DNA of 64,000 nucleotides from NCBI RefSeq assembly GCF_053078305.1, contig NZ_CP166879.1; one strand, 5' to 3'. Shown piece by piece: positions 48,310 to 64,000 of this stretch (position 1 is its first letter; each line of letters starts with the position of its first letter). The notes under the pieces were generated by a model. It saw only the letters and a program-made list of their open reading frames with translations, ran no database searches and was not told where the DNA came from. The position numbers and the translations under genes were made by a program.

Positions 48310-49439
48310 CAGAGCTGGAAGTTACTCAAATCGTCGGTGTCCACTTCCGAGTCAATCTGCCCGACCAGATAAGAACTGACTTCCACTTCCTGCGGAGCAA
48401 CCTGCACGTTATCAGACACCAGCCAGGTGTTGATCCACGGGATCGGGTTGGAGCGCGTCTGGAACGGCAGATCCAAACCGACTGCCTGCATGCGGATATT
48501 GGTGATGTATTCAACGTACTGGCAGAGAATGTCTTTATTCAGACCAATCATCGAACCGTCACGGAACAGATAATCCGCCCAGTCTTTCTCTTGCTGTGCC
48601 GCCTGGACAAACAGGTCATAGCACTCCTGCTTACATTCTTCGGCAATTTCCGCCATCTCCGGATCATCCGCACCGCTGCGCAGCAGATTCAGCATATGCT
48701 GAGTACCGGTCAGGTGCAGGGCTTCGTCGCGGGCAATCAGGCGAATAATTTTGGCGTTACCTTCCATCAGTTCGCGTTCTGCAAAGGCAAAGGAACAAGC
48801 AAAGCTGACGTAGAAGCGGATCGCTTCCAGCGCGTTAACGCTCATCAGGCAGAGATACAGTTTTTTCTTCAGCTCGCGCAGGCTAACGGTCACGGTTTTA
48901 CCGTTAACAGTGTGGGTGCCTTCGCCCAGCAGGTGCCAGTAGCTGGTCATTTCGATCAGCTCATCGTAGTAGCTGGAGATCCCTTCCGCACGTTTCTGGA
49001 TCTGCTCGTTGGTGACGATATCGTCAAACACAACAGACGGATCGTTAACGATATTACGAATGATATGAGTATAGGAACGGGAATGAATCGTTTCTGAGAA
49101 CGCCCAGGTTTCTACCCAGGTTTCCAGTTCCGGAATAGAAATAAGCGGCAATAGCGCCACGTTCGGGCTACGACCCTGAATGGAGTCCAGCAGCGTCTGA
49201 TATTTCAGGTTGCTGATAAAGATGTGTTTTTCGTGTTCAGGCAGCGCCTGGTAATCGATACGGTCACGAGAAACGTCAACTTCTTCCGGACGCCAGAAGA
49301 AAGAGAGCTGCTTTTCGATCAGCTTTTCGAAGATGTCATATTTTTGCTGATCGTAGCGAGCCACGTTGACCGGCTGACCAAAAAACATCGGTTCTTTGAG
49401 CTGATCATTTTTCGTCTGTGAAAAGGTGGTATATGCCAT
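48309..49439 (-). CDS. nrdB: ribonucleoside-diphosphate reductase 1 beta subunit
   Basis: 376 aa from [30 protein letters not shown]; the track ORF extension into 49440..49670 is an artefact running through REP elements. Confidence 0.95.
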
Positions 49440-49463
49440 GAGTGTGTCCTGTTGGGAGTTTAA

Positions 49464-49665
<202 letters not shown>

Positions 49666-49672
49666 CTCAATA

Positions 49673-51958
49673 TCAGATCTTACATGCGCCGCTTTCGCAG
49701 CCATCGTCCTGGATTGACGGCACCAGATCGTCCTGCGCGTCTTCAGCGCCGTCACGGGTGTTCTGATAATACAGCGTTTTGACCCCGAATTTGTAGGCGG
49801 TGAGCAGGTCTTTCAGCAATTGCTGCATCGGCACTTTTCCTGACGGGAAGCGTGACGGATCGTAGTTGGTGTTAGCAGAGATCGACTGATCGATAAATTT
49901 CTGCATGATACCCACCAGTTGCAGGTAGCCATCGTTACCCGGCATTTCCCACAGCAGCTCATAGGCGTCGTGCAGATGCTCGTAGTCCGGCACCACCTGG
50001 CGCAGAATACCGTCTTTCGACGCTTTGATGCTGACGTAACCGCGCGGCGGTTCAATACCGTTAGTGGCGTTAGAGATCTGTGAAGAAGTCTCGGACGGCA
50101 TCAGGGCAGAAAGCGTGGAGTTACGCAGACCGTGCGTTTTGATCGATTCACGCAGTGCTTCCCAGTCGTAATGCAGCGGCTCATTAGCGATGGTATCCAG
50201 ATCTTTCTTATAGGTATCGATCGGCAGGATCCCTTTCGCGTAAGTGGTTTCGTTAAACCACGGGCACGCGCCTTGCTCTTTCGCCAGCTCATTAGACGCT
50301 TTCAGCAGGTAATACTGAATCGCTTCGAAGGTTTTATGCGTCAGGTTGTTGGCGCTGCCGTCGGAGTAGCGTTTACCATGCTTCGCCAGGTAGTAAGCGA
50401 AGTTGATCACACCAATACCCAGCGTACGACGACCCATCGCTCCACGTTTGGCGGCCGGGATCGGGTAATCCTGATAATCCAGCAGCGCGTCAAGTGCACG
50501 AACCGCCAGAATTGCCAGCTCTTCCAGTTCATCCAGGCTATTAATTGCGCCCAGGTTGAAAGCAGACAGCGTACACAGCGCGATTTCACCGTTCTCGTCG
50601 TTGACGTCGTTCAGCGGTTTGGTCGGCAGGGCTATCTCCAGGCACAGGTTAGATTGACGCACTGGCGCGATGGCCGGATCAAACGGGCTATGGGTATTGC
50701 AGTGGTCAACGTTCTGAATATAGATACGACCGGTAGACGCACGTTCCTGCATCATCAGCGAGAACAGCTCAACGGCTTTCACACGCTGCTTGCGGATGCT
50801 GTCGTCTTTCTCATATTTGGTATACAGGCGTTCAAACTCTTCCTGATCGGCGAAGAATGCGTCGTACAGCCCCGGTACGTCGGACGGGCTGAACAGGGTG
50901 ATATCTTCACCTTTCAGCAGGCGGGTATACATCAGTTTGTTGATCTGTACCCCGTAGTCCATATGGCGCACGCGGTTGCCTTCCACACCACGGTTGTTTT
51001 TCAACACCAGTAGGCTTTCCACTTCCAGATGCCACATCGGGTAGAACAGCGTTGCCGCACCGCCGCGCACGCCGCCCTGGGAGCAGGATTTCACCGCAGT
51101 CTGGAAATGTTTGTAGAACGGAATGCAGCCGGTATGGAACGCTTCGCCACCGCGAATCGGGCTACCCAGCGCACGAATACGCCCGGCGTTGATGCCGATC
51201 CCGGCACGCTGGGAAACATATTTCACAATCGCGCTGGAGGTGGCGTTGATGGAATCCAGGCTGTCGCCGCACTCGATCAGTACGCAGGAGCTGAACTGAC
51301 GAGTCGGGGTACGCACGCCGGACATGATTGGCGTCGGCAGCGAAATTTTAAATGTGGAAACCGCGTCGTAAAAACGCTTCACATATTGCAGGCGCGTTTC
51401 ACGCGGGTAGTTCGAGAACAGGCACGCGGCAACCAGAATATAAAGGAACTGGGCGCTTTCGTAGATTTCGCCGGTCACGCGGTTCTGTACCAGATATTTG
51501 CCTTCCAGCTGCTTAACGGCAGCATAAGAGAAGGTCATATCACGGTCGTGATCGATAAACGTGTCCATCTGCTTGAACTCTTCTTCCGTGTAGTCTTCCA
51601 GCAGATGATTATCGTATTTGCCCATCTCGACCATTTTCACCACGTGGTCGTACAGCGCAGGCGGCTCAAACTGGCCGTAGGCTTTTTTACGCAGGTGGAA
51701 GATCGCCAGGCGCGCGGCGAGATACTGATAATCCGGCGCATCACGGGAGATCAGGTCTGCGGCAGCCTTGATAATAGTTTCGTGGATGTCAGAGGTCTTG
51801 ATACCGTCATAAAACTGAATGTGGGAGCGCAGTTCGACCTGGGAAATCGAAACGTTATGCAGTCCTTCTGCCGCCCAATCCAGAACGCGATGGATTTTGT
51901 CGAGATTGATGCGCTCTGTGCTACCGTCGCGCTTTGTCACCAGCAGATTCTGATTCAT
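49673..51958 (-). CDS. nrdA: ribonucleoside-diphosphate reductase 1 alpha subunit
   Basis: 761 aa, [26 protein letters not shown] (ATP-cone) and class Ia RNR catalytic domain. Confidence 0.96.
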
Positions 51959-52029
51959 GTATGTCGTACCTGTTTTTGGAATTCTTTCCGCAATAGTTTC
52001 GTGCAGACTACCTGTAGTACGGGAAGCTG

Positions 52030-52125
52030 CTTAGAACACTATATATAGGGGGTATGTTTGGGATTCACTGCAAGATAGTGTGAAAATGGCCCTCTTGCAA
52101 GTGCATAACTTTGTGGATAACTCAG
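52030..52125 (-). promoter_or_regulatory. nrdAB promoter region with candidate NrdR boxes and a DnaA box
   Basis: acactatatatag (52037..52049) and cactgcaagatagtg (52066..52080) are NrdR-box-like palindromes; tgtggataa (52112..52120) is the reverse complement of the DnaA box TTATCCACA. Confidence 0.55.
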
Positions 52126-52653
52126 GAAGGAAAAAGTGGCTTTCGCGCACCTTAGGTCAGACAAGGTGTCCGGGAAAGTCAATGGGAAGAGAAAAATTTG
52201 TTAAAAATAACTGTTCGGCGATTTCTTGAACGGCAGAATAGGTTGGATAAATTGATATAGATGGTTTATTAATCTTTTTGCTAATGATTGCAAAAATTGA
52301 TCTAAGCACGAGTCATCACATAATCTGATGTATCAGTTGTGGTCAATATATAAGCGAATGTAAGCGATTGTTGATGTCGAAATGGTTGTTTTCTATTCGG
52401 TTATTGTTAAATGCGAAGCCATTTTGTTAATTTACCTTATGTTATAAGAAAATTATTCATTACTTTAATTTAGTTTAAATATAACTGGTATCCCTTAAGG
52501 TTATTAACTTGAATTATGACGCACTGATACTATTCATTAAATAATAACAAAATAGCTATTGCATCGGGTTGGACAATTTACAAAAGAAAGATAACCCATA
52601 TTGTATAATGCGTTTAAATATGCCGTCTTATATAAAATGATGGTCAGATTAAT

Positions 52654-55600
52654 ATGCGGATTATCTTTCTACGCAAGGAGTATTTATCTCTACTCCCGTC
52701 AATGATTGCATCTCTTTTCTCTGCTAACGGTGTCGCGGCGGCCATTGATTCATGCCAGGGATATGATATCAAAGCGAGTTGTCACGCCAGCAGGCAAAGC
52801 CTTTCAGGCATTACGCAGGTCTGGAGTATCGCCGATGGGCAATGGCTGGTTTTTTCGGATATGACCAATAATGCCAGCGGTGGGGCCGTATTTTTGCAAC
52901 AAGGAGCGGAATTTACATTATCACCAGAAAATGAAACTGGAATGACTCTGTTTGCCAATAACACCGTTTCAGGAGAATATAATAACGGCGGGGCAATATT
53001 TGCTAAAGAAAACTCAACGCTGAATCTTACGGATGTTATTTTTTCTGGTAACGTCGCAGGCGGCTATGGTGGCGCAATCTATTCTTCTGGTACTAACGAT
53101 ACCGGTGCCATCGATTTACGTGTCACTAACGCCGTGTTTCGCAATAACATCGCTAATGACGGCAAAGGTGGTGCAATTTATACCATCAATAATGATATCT
53201 ATTTAAGTGATGATGTTTTTAACAATAACCAGGCATATACATCAACAAGTTACAGTGATGGCGATGGCGGCGCAATCGATGTCACAGATAATAATAGCGA
53301 CAGCAAGCATCCTTCAGGTTATACGATAATAAATAACACCGCATTTACAAATAACACTGCCGAAGGTTATGGCGGGGCGATTTATACCAATAGTGTGACG
53401 GCTCCCTATCTTATTGATATTTCAGTTGATGACAGCTACAGCCAGAACGGCGGCGTGTTAGTCGATGAGAACAATAGCGCAGCAGGCTATGGAGATGGTC
53501 CTTCCTCTGCGGCGGGTGGCTTTATGTATCTCGGCTTAAGTGAAGTTACATTTGATATTGCCGACGGAAAAACGCTGGTTATTGGCAATACAGAGAATGA
53601 CGGAGCTGTTGACTCTATTGCTGGTACCGGGGTAATCACCAAAACAGGTTCCGGCGATCTGGTACTTAATGCAGATAACAATGACTTTACTGGTGAGATG
53701 CAGATTGAAAACGGTGAAGTTACCCTGGGCCGCAGCAACTCCCTGATGAATGTCGGCGATACGCATTGCCAGGACGATCCGCAAGACTGCTACGGTCTGA
53801 CGATAGGGAGTATTGATAAGTACCAGAATCAGGCAGAGCTAAATGTTGGCTCCACCCAACAAACCTTTGTGCACTCATTGACGGGCTTTCAGAATGGCAC
53901 TTTAAATATCGATGCTGGTGGCAATGTTACTGTTAATCAAGGCAGTTTTGCTGGCACCATCGAAGGTGCTGGTCAGCTCACCATTGCGCAAAACGGCAGC
54001 TATGTGATGGCGGGGGCGCAGTCGATGGCGCTAACCGGCGATATAGTGGTGGATGCTGGTGCGGTGCTTTCGCTGGAAGGCGACGCGGCAGATCTTGCCG
54101 CTCTCCAGGACGATCCGCAGTCGATCGTGTTAAACGGCGGTGTGCTCGATCTCTCTGATTTCTCCACCTGGCAGAGCGGTACATCATACAAAGATGGCCT
54201 TGAAGTCAGTGGCAGCAGCGGAACGGTTATCGGCAGTCAGGATGTGGTAGATCTTGCAGGCGGAAACGATATGCATATCGGCGGCGACGGGAAAGATGGC
54301 GTCTACGTGGTGATCGATGCGGGTGACGGGCAGGTCAGCCTGGCAAATGACAATCAATACCTCGGCACAACGCAAATCGCTTCCGGTACGCTGATGGTGA
54401 GCGACAACTCGCAGCTTGGAGATACCCATTATAACCGCCAGGTTATCTTTACCGATAAGCAACAAGAAAGCGTGATGGAGATTACTGCCAATGTCGATAC
54501 TCGCTCTACAACGACTGAGCATGGGCGTGATATTGAAATGCGCGCCGACGGTGAAGTGGCAGTTGATGCGGGGGTAGACACGCAGTGGGGCGCACTGATG
54601 GCTGACAGCAGCGGGCAGCATCAGGATGAGGGTAGCACATTGACGAAAACGGGGGCGGGTACGCTGGAGCTGACCGCCAGCGGTACAACGCAGTCGGCAG
54701 TACGTGTCGAAGAAGGCACCCTGAAAGGCGATGTTGCGGATATCTTTCCTTATGCTTCGTCACTGTGGGTCGGTGATGGGGCGACGTTCGTTAGTGGCGC
54801 GGATCAGGATATTCAGTCAATTGATGCTACTTCCAGCGGCACTATCGACATTAGCGATGGTACGGTTTTGCGCCTGACCGGGCAGGATACTTCCGTCGCC
54901 CTTAATGCCTCACTGTTTAACGGCGATGGGACGCTGGTGAATGCCACCGATGGCGTGACGCTGACAGGCGAGCTTAATACCAGCCTTGAAACTGACAGCC
55001 TGACTTATCTTGCCGACGTGACGGTTAATGGCAATCTGACCAATACGTCCGGTGCGGTTAGCCTGCAAAATGGCGTCGCTGGCGATACGCTGACGGTAAA
55101 CGGTGATTACACCGGCGGCGGTACGTTACTGTTCGACAGCGAATTAAACGGCGATGACTCAGCAAGCGACCAGTTGGTGTTGAACGGTAATACTGCTGGC
55201 AACACAACTGTGGTGGTTAACTCCATTACAGGGATTGGCGAGCCGACCCCAACGGGTATTAAAGTGGTTGATTTCGCAGCTGATCCCACGCAGTTTCAAA
55301 ACAATGCGCAGTTCAGTCTGGCAGGCAGCGGCTATGTCAATATGGGAGCGTATGACTACACGCTGGTGGAAGATAACAACGACTGGTATCTGCGATCGCA
55401 AGAAGTAACGCCGCCATCGCCACCTGATCCAGACCCGACTCCCGATCCCACGCCGGATCCTGATCCAACACCCGACCCGGAACCTACGCCTGCTTACCAG
55501 CCGGTGCTGAATGCCAAAGTTGGCGGTTATCTCAATAACCTGCGGGCGGCAAATCAGGCGTTTGTGATGGAGCGACGCGATCACGCAGGTGGCGATGGTC

Positions 55601-56400
55601 AGACGCTGAATTTACGTGTTATCGGTGGAGATTATCATTACACAGCAGCGGGGCAACTGGCTCAGCATGAAGACGCTTCTACGGTGCAGCTTAGCGGCGA
55701 CTTGTTTAGCGGGCGCTGGGGCACGGATGGCGAGTGGATGCTTGGGGCGGTTGGTGGCTACAGTGATAATCAGGGCGACAGCCGCTCTAATATGACCGGA
55801 ACTCGCGCCGATAACCAGAACCACGGTTATGGCGTTGGGTTGACCTCAAGCTGGTTTCAGCACGGTAACCAGAAGCAGGGGGCCTGGCTGGATAGCTGGC
55901 TGCAGTATGCGTGGTTTAACAATGATGTTTCCGAACATGGCGATGGCGCGGATCATTACCACTCGTCGGGGATTATCGCCTCGCTGGAAGCGGGGTATCA
56001 GTGGTTACCGGGGCGTGGTGTGGTGATTGAACCGCAGGCGCAGGTGATTTATCAGGGCGTGCAGCAGGATGATTTTACCGCCGCTAACCGTGCGCGCGTG
56101 TCACAATCGCAGGGTGATGATATTCAGACGCGGCTGGGTTTACACAGCGAATGGCGTACCGCTGTTCATGTCATACCAACATTAGATCTGAATTATTATC
56201 ACGATCCCCATTCGACGGAAATTGAAGAGGATGGCAGCACTATCAGTGACGATGCGGTGAAGCAACGGGGTGAAATAAAAGTGGGAGTCACGGGCAATAT
56301 CAGTCAGCGAGTGTCCCTGCGCGGCAGCGTGGCGTGGCAGAAAGGGAGTGATGATTTTGCCCAGACGGCAGGGTTTTTGTCGATGACGGTGAAATGGTAA
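52654..56400 (+). CDS. yfaL: type Va autotransporter adhesin (YfaL/EhaC-like)
   Basis: 1248 aa; N-terminal extended signal peptide, passenger with Gly/Asn/Thr-rich beta-helix repeats, Pro-rich linker, C-terminal beta-barrel ending ...FLSMTVKW. Confidence 0.92.
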   Translation: MRIIFLRKEYLSLLPSMIASLFSANGVAAAIDSCQGYDIKASCHASRQSLSGITQVWSIADGQWLVFSDMTNNASGGAVFLQQGAEFTLSPENETGMTLFANNTVSGEYNNGGAIFAKENSTLNLTDVIFSGNVAGGYGGAIYSSGTNDTGAIDLRVTNAVFRNNIANDGKGGAIYTINNDIYLSDDVFNNNQAYTSTSYSDGDGGAIDVTDNNSDSKHPSGYTIINNTAFTNNTAEGYGGAIYTNSVTAPYLIDISVDDSYSQNGGVLVDENNSAAGYGDGPSSAAGGFMYLGLSEVTFDIADGKTLVIGNTENDGAVDSIAGTGVITKTGSGDLVLNADNNDFTGEMQIENGEVTLGRSNSLMNVGDTHCQDDPQDCYGLTIGSIDKYQNQAELNVGSTQQTFVHSLTGFQNGTLNIDAGGNVTVNQGSFAGTIEGAGQLTIAQNGSYVMAGAQSMALTGDIVVDAGAVLSLEGDAADLAALQDDPQSIVLNGGVLDLSDFSTWQSGTSYKDGLEVSGSSGTVIGSQDVVDLAGGNDMHIGGDGKDGVYVVIDAGDGQVSLANDNQYLGTTQIASGTLMVSDNSQLGDTHYNRQVIFTDKQQESVMEITANVDTRSTTTEHGRDIEMRADGEVAVDAGVDTQWGALMADSSGQHQDEGSTLTKTGAGTLELTASGTTQSAVRVEEGTLKGDVADIFPYASSLWVGDGATFVSGADQDIQSIDATSSGTIDISDGTVLRLTGQDTSVALNASLFNGDGTLVNATDGVTLTGELNTSLETDSLTYLADVTVNGNLTNTSGAVSLQNGVAGDTLTVNGDYTGGGTLLFDSELNGDDSASDQLVLNGNTAGNTTVVVNSITGIGEPTPTGIKVVDFAADPTQFQNNAQFSLAGSGYVNMGAYDYTLVEDNNDWYLRSQEVTPPSPPDPDPTPDPTPDPDPTPDPEPTPAYQPVLNAKVGGYLNNLRAANQAFVMERRDHAGGDGQTLNLRVIGGDYHYTAAGQLAQHEDASTVQLSGDLFSGRWGTDGEWMLGAVGGYSDNQGDSRSNMTGTRADNQNHGYGVGLTSSWFQHGNQKQGAWLDSWLQYAWFNNDVSEHGDGADHYHSSGIIASLEAGYQWLPGRGVVIEPQAQVIYQGVQQDDFTAANRARVSQSQGDDIQTRLGLHSEWRTAVHVIPTLDLNYYHDPHSTEIEEDGSTISDDAVKQRGEIKVGVTGNISQRVSLRGSVAWQKGSDDFAQTAGFLSMTVKW
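55411..55491 (+). repeat. Pro-Asp/Pro-Thr coding repeat (autotransporter linker) in yfaL
   Basis: Encodes PPSPPDPDPTPDPTPDPDPTPDPEPTP; DNA is degenerate ccNgaYccNac repeats. Confidence 0.8.
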
Positions 56401-56422
56401 TCGCTGTCTGACCATCACTATT

Positions 56423-56525
56423 GCCGGATGCGGCGTAAACGCCTTATCTGGCCTACGGAGAGCATTTGTAGGCCTGATAAGACGCGGCAAGCGTCGCATC
56501 AGGCATTGGCGCGGTTGCCGGATGA
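56423..56525. repeat. BIME/REP elements between yfaL and ubiG
   Basis: gccggatgcggcgtaaacgccttatctggcctac followed by gtaggcctgataagacgcggcaagcgtcgcatcaggca and a partial third unit. Confidence 0.88.
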
Positions 56526-56540
56526 ATCCAAACAACAACC

Positions 56541-57263
56541 TCACTTATTCTGCGTGTGCAGCATATAGTTCACATCCACGCCGGGGCCGAGTTTAAAAGT
56601 ATTAGTGATCGGGTTGTAATGTAGCCCGGTTATATGTCGCTCTTTAAGGCTTGTCTGATCTACCCAGCCAAGCAGCTCTGCCGGTTTAATAAACTTCTTC
56701 ACATCATGCGTGCCTTTGGGCACCATGCGCAAAATATATTCCGCGCCAACCACCGCCATCAGCCATGACTTGCCGTTGCGGTTAAGCGTCGAGAAAAAGA
56801 CATCGCCGCCTGGTTTCACCAGTTGCGCACAGGCTCTCACCACTGACTGCGGATCGGGAACGTGCTCCAGCATCTCCATGCAGGTCACCACATCATACTG
56901 CCCGGCATGTTTTGCCGCGTGCTCTTCCACGGTTTCCTGCACGTAATCCACCTGAATGCCGCTTTCCAGCGCGTGCAGTTTTGCCACCTGCAATGGCTCA
57001 AAGCCCATATCCAGACCGGTCACCGTCGCACCTTCGCGCGCCATACTCTCGGCCAGAATGCCGCCGCCACAACCGACATCGAGCACCTTTTTGCCGAATA
57101 AACCGCCAGCACGCTCGGCAATATAGCCCAGACGCAGCGGGTTAATGCGGTGCAGCGGTTTGAACTCACCTTCCAGATCCCACCAGCGGGAGGCGACGGC
57201 TTCAAATTTAGCGATCTCTTCGTGGTCTACGTTATGGTTTACCGGCGATTTTTCGGCATTCAT
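56541..57263 (-). CDS. ubiG: bifunctional 3-demethylubiquinone 3-O-methyltransferase / 2-polyprenyl-6-hydroxyphenol methylase
   Basis: 240 aa from [24 protein letters not shown]-binding motif [13 protein letters not shown]. Confidence 0.93.
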
Positions 57264-57409
57264 TGGCACTTCTACTCCGTAATTGGCAAGACAAACGAGT
57301 ATATCAGGCATTGGATGTGAATAAAGCGTATAGGTTTACCTCAAACTGCGCGGCTGTGTTATAATTTGCGACCTTTGAATCCGGGATACAGTAGAGGGAT
57401 AGCGGTTAG

Positions 57410-60037
57410 ATGAGCGACCTTGCGAGAGAAATTACACCGGTCAACATTGAGGAAGAGCTGAAGAGCTCATATCTGGATTATGCGATGTCGGTCATTGTTG
57501 GCCGTGCGCTGCCAGATGTCCGAGATGGCCTGAAGCCGGTACACCGTCGCGTACTTTACGCCATGAACGTACTAGGCAATGACTGGAACAAAGCCTATAA
57601 AAAATCTGCCCGTGTCGTTGGTGACGTAATCGGTAAATACCATCCCCATGGTGACTCGGCGGTTTATGACACGATCGTCCGTATGGCGCAGCCATTCTCG
57701 CTGCGTTACATGCTGGTAGACGGTCAGGGTAACTTCGGTTCCATCGACGGCGACTCTGCGGCGGCAATGCGTTATACGGAAATCCGTCTGGCGAAAATTG
57801 CCCATGAACTGATGGCCGATCTCGAAAAAGAGACGGTCGATTTCGTTGATAACTATGACGGCACGGAAAAAATTCCCGACGTCATGCCAACCAAAATTCC
57901 TAACCTGCTGGTGAACGGTTCTTCCGGTATCGCCGTAGGTATGGCAACCAACATCCCGCCGCACAACCTGACGGAAGTCATCAACGGTTGTCTGGCGTAT
58001 ATCGATGATGAAGACATCAGCATTGAAGGGCTGATGGAACACATCCCGGGGCCGGACTTCCCGACGGCGGCAATCATTAACGGTCGTCGCGGTATTGAAG
58101 AAGCTTACCGTACCGGTCGCGGCAAGGTATATATCCGCGCCCGTGCTGAAGTGGAAGTTGACGCCAAAACCGGACGTGAAACCATTATCGTCCACGAAAT
58201 TCCGTATCAGGTAAACAAAGCGCGCCTGATCGAGAAGATTGCGGAACTGGTAAAAGAAAAACGCGTGGAAGGCATCAGCGCGCTGCGTGACGAGTCTGAC
58301 AAAGACGGTATGCGCATCGTGATTGAAGTGAAACGCGATGCGGTCGGTGAAGTTGTGCTCAACAACCTCTACTCCCAGACCCAGTTGCAGGTTTCTTTCG
58401 GTATCAACATGGTGGCATTGCACCATGGTCAGCCGAAGATCATGAACCTGAAAGACATCATCGCGGCGTTTGTTCGTCACCGCCGTGAAGTGGTGACCCG
58501 TCGTACTATTTTCGAACTGCGTAAAGCTCGCGATCGTGCTCATATCCTTGAAGCATTAGCCGTGGCGCTGGCGAACATCGACCCGATCATCGAACTGATC
58601 CGTCATGCGCCGACGCCTGCAGAAGCGAAAACTGCGCTGGTTGCTAATCCGTGGCAGCTGGGCAACGTTGCCGCGATGCTCGAACGTGCGGGCGACGATG
58701 CTGCGCGTCCGGAATGGCTGGAGCCAGAGTTCGGCGTGCGCGATGGTCTGTACTACCTGACCGAACAGCAAGCTCAGGCGATTCTGGATCTGCGTTTGCA
58801 GAAACTGACCGGCCTTGAGCACGAAAAACTGCTCGACGAATACAAAGAGCTGCTGGATCAGATCGCGGAACTGCTGCGTATTCTTGGTAGCGCCGATCGT
58901 CTGATGGAAGTGATCCGTGAAGAGCTGGAGCTGGTTCGTGAACAGTTCGGTGATAAACGCCGCACTGAAATCACCGCCAACAGCGCAGACATCAACCTGG
59001 AAGATCTGATCACTCAGGAAGATGTGGTCGTGACGCTCTCTCACCAGGGCTACGTTAAGTATCAGCCGCTTTCTGAATACGAAGCGCAGCGTCGTGGCGG
59101 GAAAGGTAAATCTGCCGCACGTATTAAAGAAGAAGACTTTATCGACCGACTGCTGGTGGCGAATACCCACGACCATATTCTGTGCTTCTCCAGCCGTGGT
59201 CGCGTCTATTCGATGAAAGTTTACCAGTTGCCGGAAGCCACTCGTGGCGCGCGCGGTCGTCCGATCGTCAACCTGCTGCCGCTGGAGCAGGACGAGCGTA
59301 TTACCGCTATCCTGCCGGTGACCGAGTTTGAAGAAGGCGTGAAAGTCTTCATGGCGACTGCTAACGGTACTGTGAAGAAAACCGTCCTCACCGAATTCAA
59401 CCGTCTGCGTACCGCCGGTAAAGTGGCGATCAAACTGGTTGAAGGCGATGAGCTGATCGGCGTTGACCTGACCAGCGGCGAAGACGAAGTAATGCTGTTC
59501 TCCGCCGAAGGTAAAGTGGTGCGCTTTAAAGAGTCTTCTGTCCGTGCGATGGGCTGCAACACCACCGGTGTTCGCGGTATTCGTTTAGGCGAAGGTGATA
59601 AAGTCGTCTCTTTGATCGTGCCTCGTGGCGATGGCGCAATCCTCACCGCAACGCAGAACGGTTATGGTAAACGTACCGCAGTGGCGGAATACCCGACTAA
59701 GTCGCGTGCGACGAAAGGGGTTATCTCCATCAAGGTTACCGAACGTAACGGTTTAGTTGTTGGCGCGGTGCAGGTAGATGACTGCGACCAGATCATGATG
59801 ATCACCGATGCCGGTACGCTGGTACGTACTCGCGTTTCGGAAATCAGCATCGTGGGCCGTAACACCCAGGGCGTAATCCTCATCCGTACTGCGGAAGATG
59901 AAAACGTGGTGGGTCTGCAACGCGTGGCTGAACCGGTTGACGAGGAAGATCTGGACACCATCGATGGCAGTGCTGCGGAAGGAGACGACGAAATCGCTCC
60001 GGAAGTGGACGTTGACGACGAGCCAGAAGAAGAATAA
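57410..60037 (+). CDS. gyrA: DNA gyrase subunit A
   Basis: 875 aa; [47 protein letters not shown]; active-site Tyr region, acidic C-terminal tail; QRDR reads GDSAVYD (Ser83, Asp87). Confidence 0.97.
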   Translation: MSDLAREITPVNIEEELKSSYLDYAMSVIVGRALPDVRDGLKPVHRRVLYAMNVLGNDWNKAYKKSARVVGDVIGKYHPHGDSAVYDTIVRMAQPFSLRYMLVDGQGNFGSIDGDSAAAMRYTEIRLAKIAHELMADLEKETVDFVDNYDGTEKIPDVMPTKIPNLLVNGSSGIAVGMATNIPPHNLTEVINGCLAYIDDEDISIEGLMEHIPGPDFPTAAIINGRRGIEEAYRTGRGKVYIRARAEVEVDAKTGRETIIVHEIPYQVNKARLIEKIAELVKEKRVEGISALRDESDKDGMRIVIEVKRDAVGEVVLNNLYSQTQLQVSFGINMVALHHGQPKIMNLKDIIAAFVRHRREVVTRRTIFELRKARDRAHILEALAVALANIDPIIELIRHAPTPAEAKTALVANPWQLGNVAAMLERAGDDAARPEWLEPEFGVRDGLYYLTEQQAQAILDLRLQKLTGLEHEKLLDEYKELLDQIAELLRILGSADRLMEVIREELELVREQFGDKRRTEITANSADINLEDLITQEDVVVTLSHQGYVKYQPLSEYEAQRRGGKGKSAARIKEEDFIDRLLVANTHDHILCFSSRGRVYSMKVYQLPEATRGARGRPIVNLLPLEQDERITAILPVTEFEEGVKVFMATANGTVKKTVLTEFNRLRTAGKVAIKLVEGDELIGVDLTSGEDEVMLFSAEGKVVRFKESSVRAMGCNTTGVRGIRLGEGDKVVSLIVPRGDGAILTATQNGYGKRTAVAEYPTKSRATKGVISIKVTERNGLVVGAVQVDDCDQIMMITDAGTLVRTRVSEISIVGRNTQGVILIRTAEDENVVGLQRVAEPVDEEDLDTIDGSAAEGDDEIAPEVDVDDEPEEE

Positions 60038-60080
60038 TTTTACTTCTTCATGCCAAAAGGGAGCTATCTCCCTTGTTTGA

Positions 60081-60107
60081 ATTGAAAAGTCCAGGCTGCA
60101 AAGTCTG
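60081..60107 (+). terminator. hairpin plus T-run downstream of gyrA
   Basis: ccaggc tgcaaa gtctgg (one G-U pair) followed by gcttttg. Confidence 0.5.
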
Positions 60108-60185
60108 GGCTTTTGTCGTATTAGGGCGCGGTAAAGTTTGGCTGTGTCCGTAAAAAATGGCTGGCTATACACAAGGAATGTGGCA

Positions 60186-64000
<3,815 letters not shown>

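Overview
This window reads as a contiguous stretch of Escherichia coli-type chromosome, equivalent to the K-12 nuoLMN – yfb – ela – men – pmrD/arn – ais – rhm – rpnB – glp – inaA – nrdAB – yfaL – ubiG – gyrA – yfaATS region, here in reverse orientation relative to K-12. All assignments are from reading the six-frame translations against remembered protein families and N-termini; no database search was run. About 55 coding regions are supported, most of them well-characterised core genes: NADH dehydrogenase subunits, the menFDHBCE menaquinone operon, the PmrA-controlled arnBCADTEF lipid A modification operon, the rhamnonate rhm cluster, glpTQ/glpACB, nrdAB-yfaE, the yfaL autotransporter, ubiG and gyrA. 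I found no rRNA, tRNA, CRISPR array, insertion sequence, integrase or prophage gene. I did not find a convincing multi-gene novel system. The parts worth a second look are strain-variable, low-GC segments: (1) an AT-rich islet between glpQ and a LysR regulator carrying a 368-aa protein I cannot place; (2) the AT-rich yfbL–nuoN islet of small uncharacterised genes, including a frameshifted SUKH/Smi1-like (immunity-type) gene; (3) a 1-bp frameshift in yfbK; (4) rpnB plus its duplicated C-terminal fragment ypaA with 24-bp coding tandem repeats; (5) a 9-bp in-frame repeat in elaD. The ORF track uses GTG/TTG starts and often over-extends N-termini; I trimmed starts where I recognised the true N-terminus.
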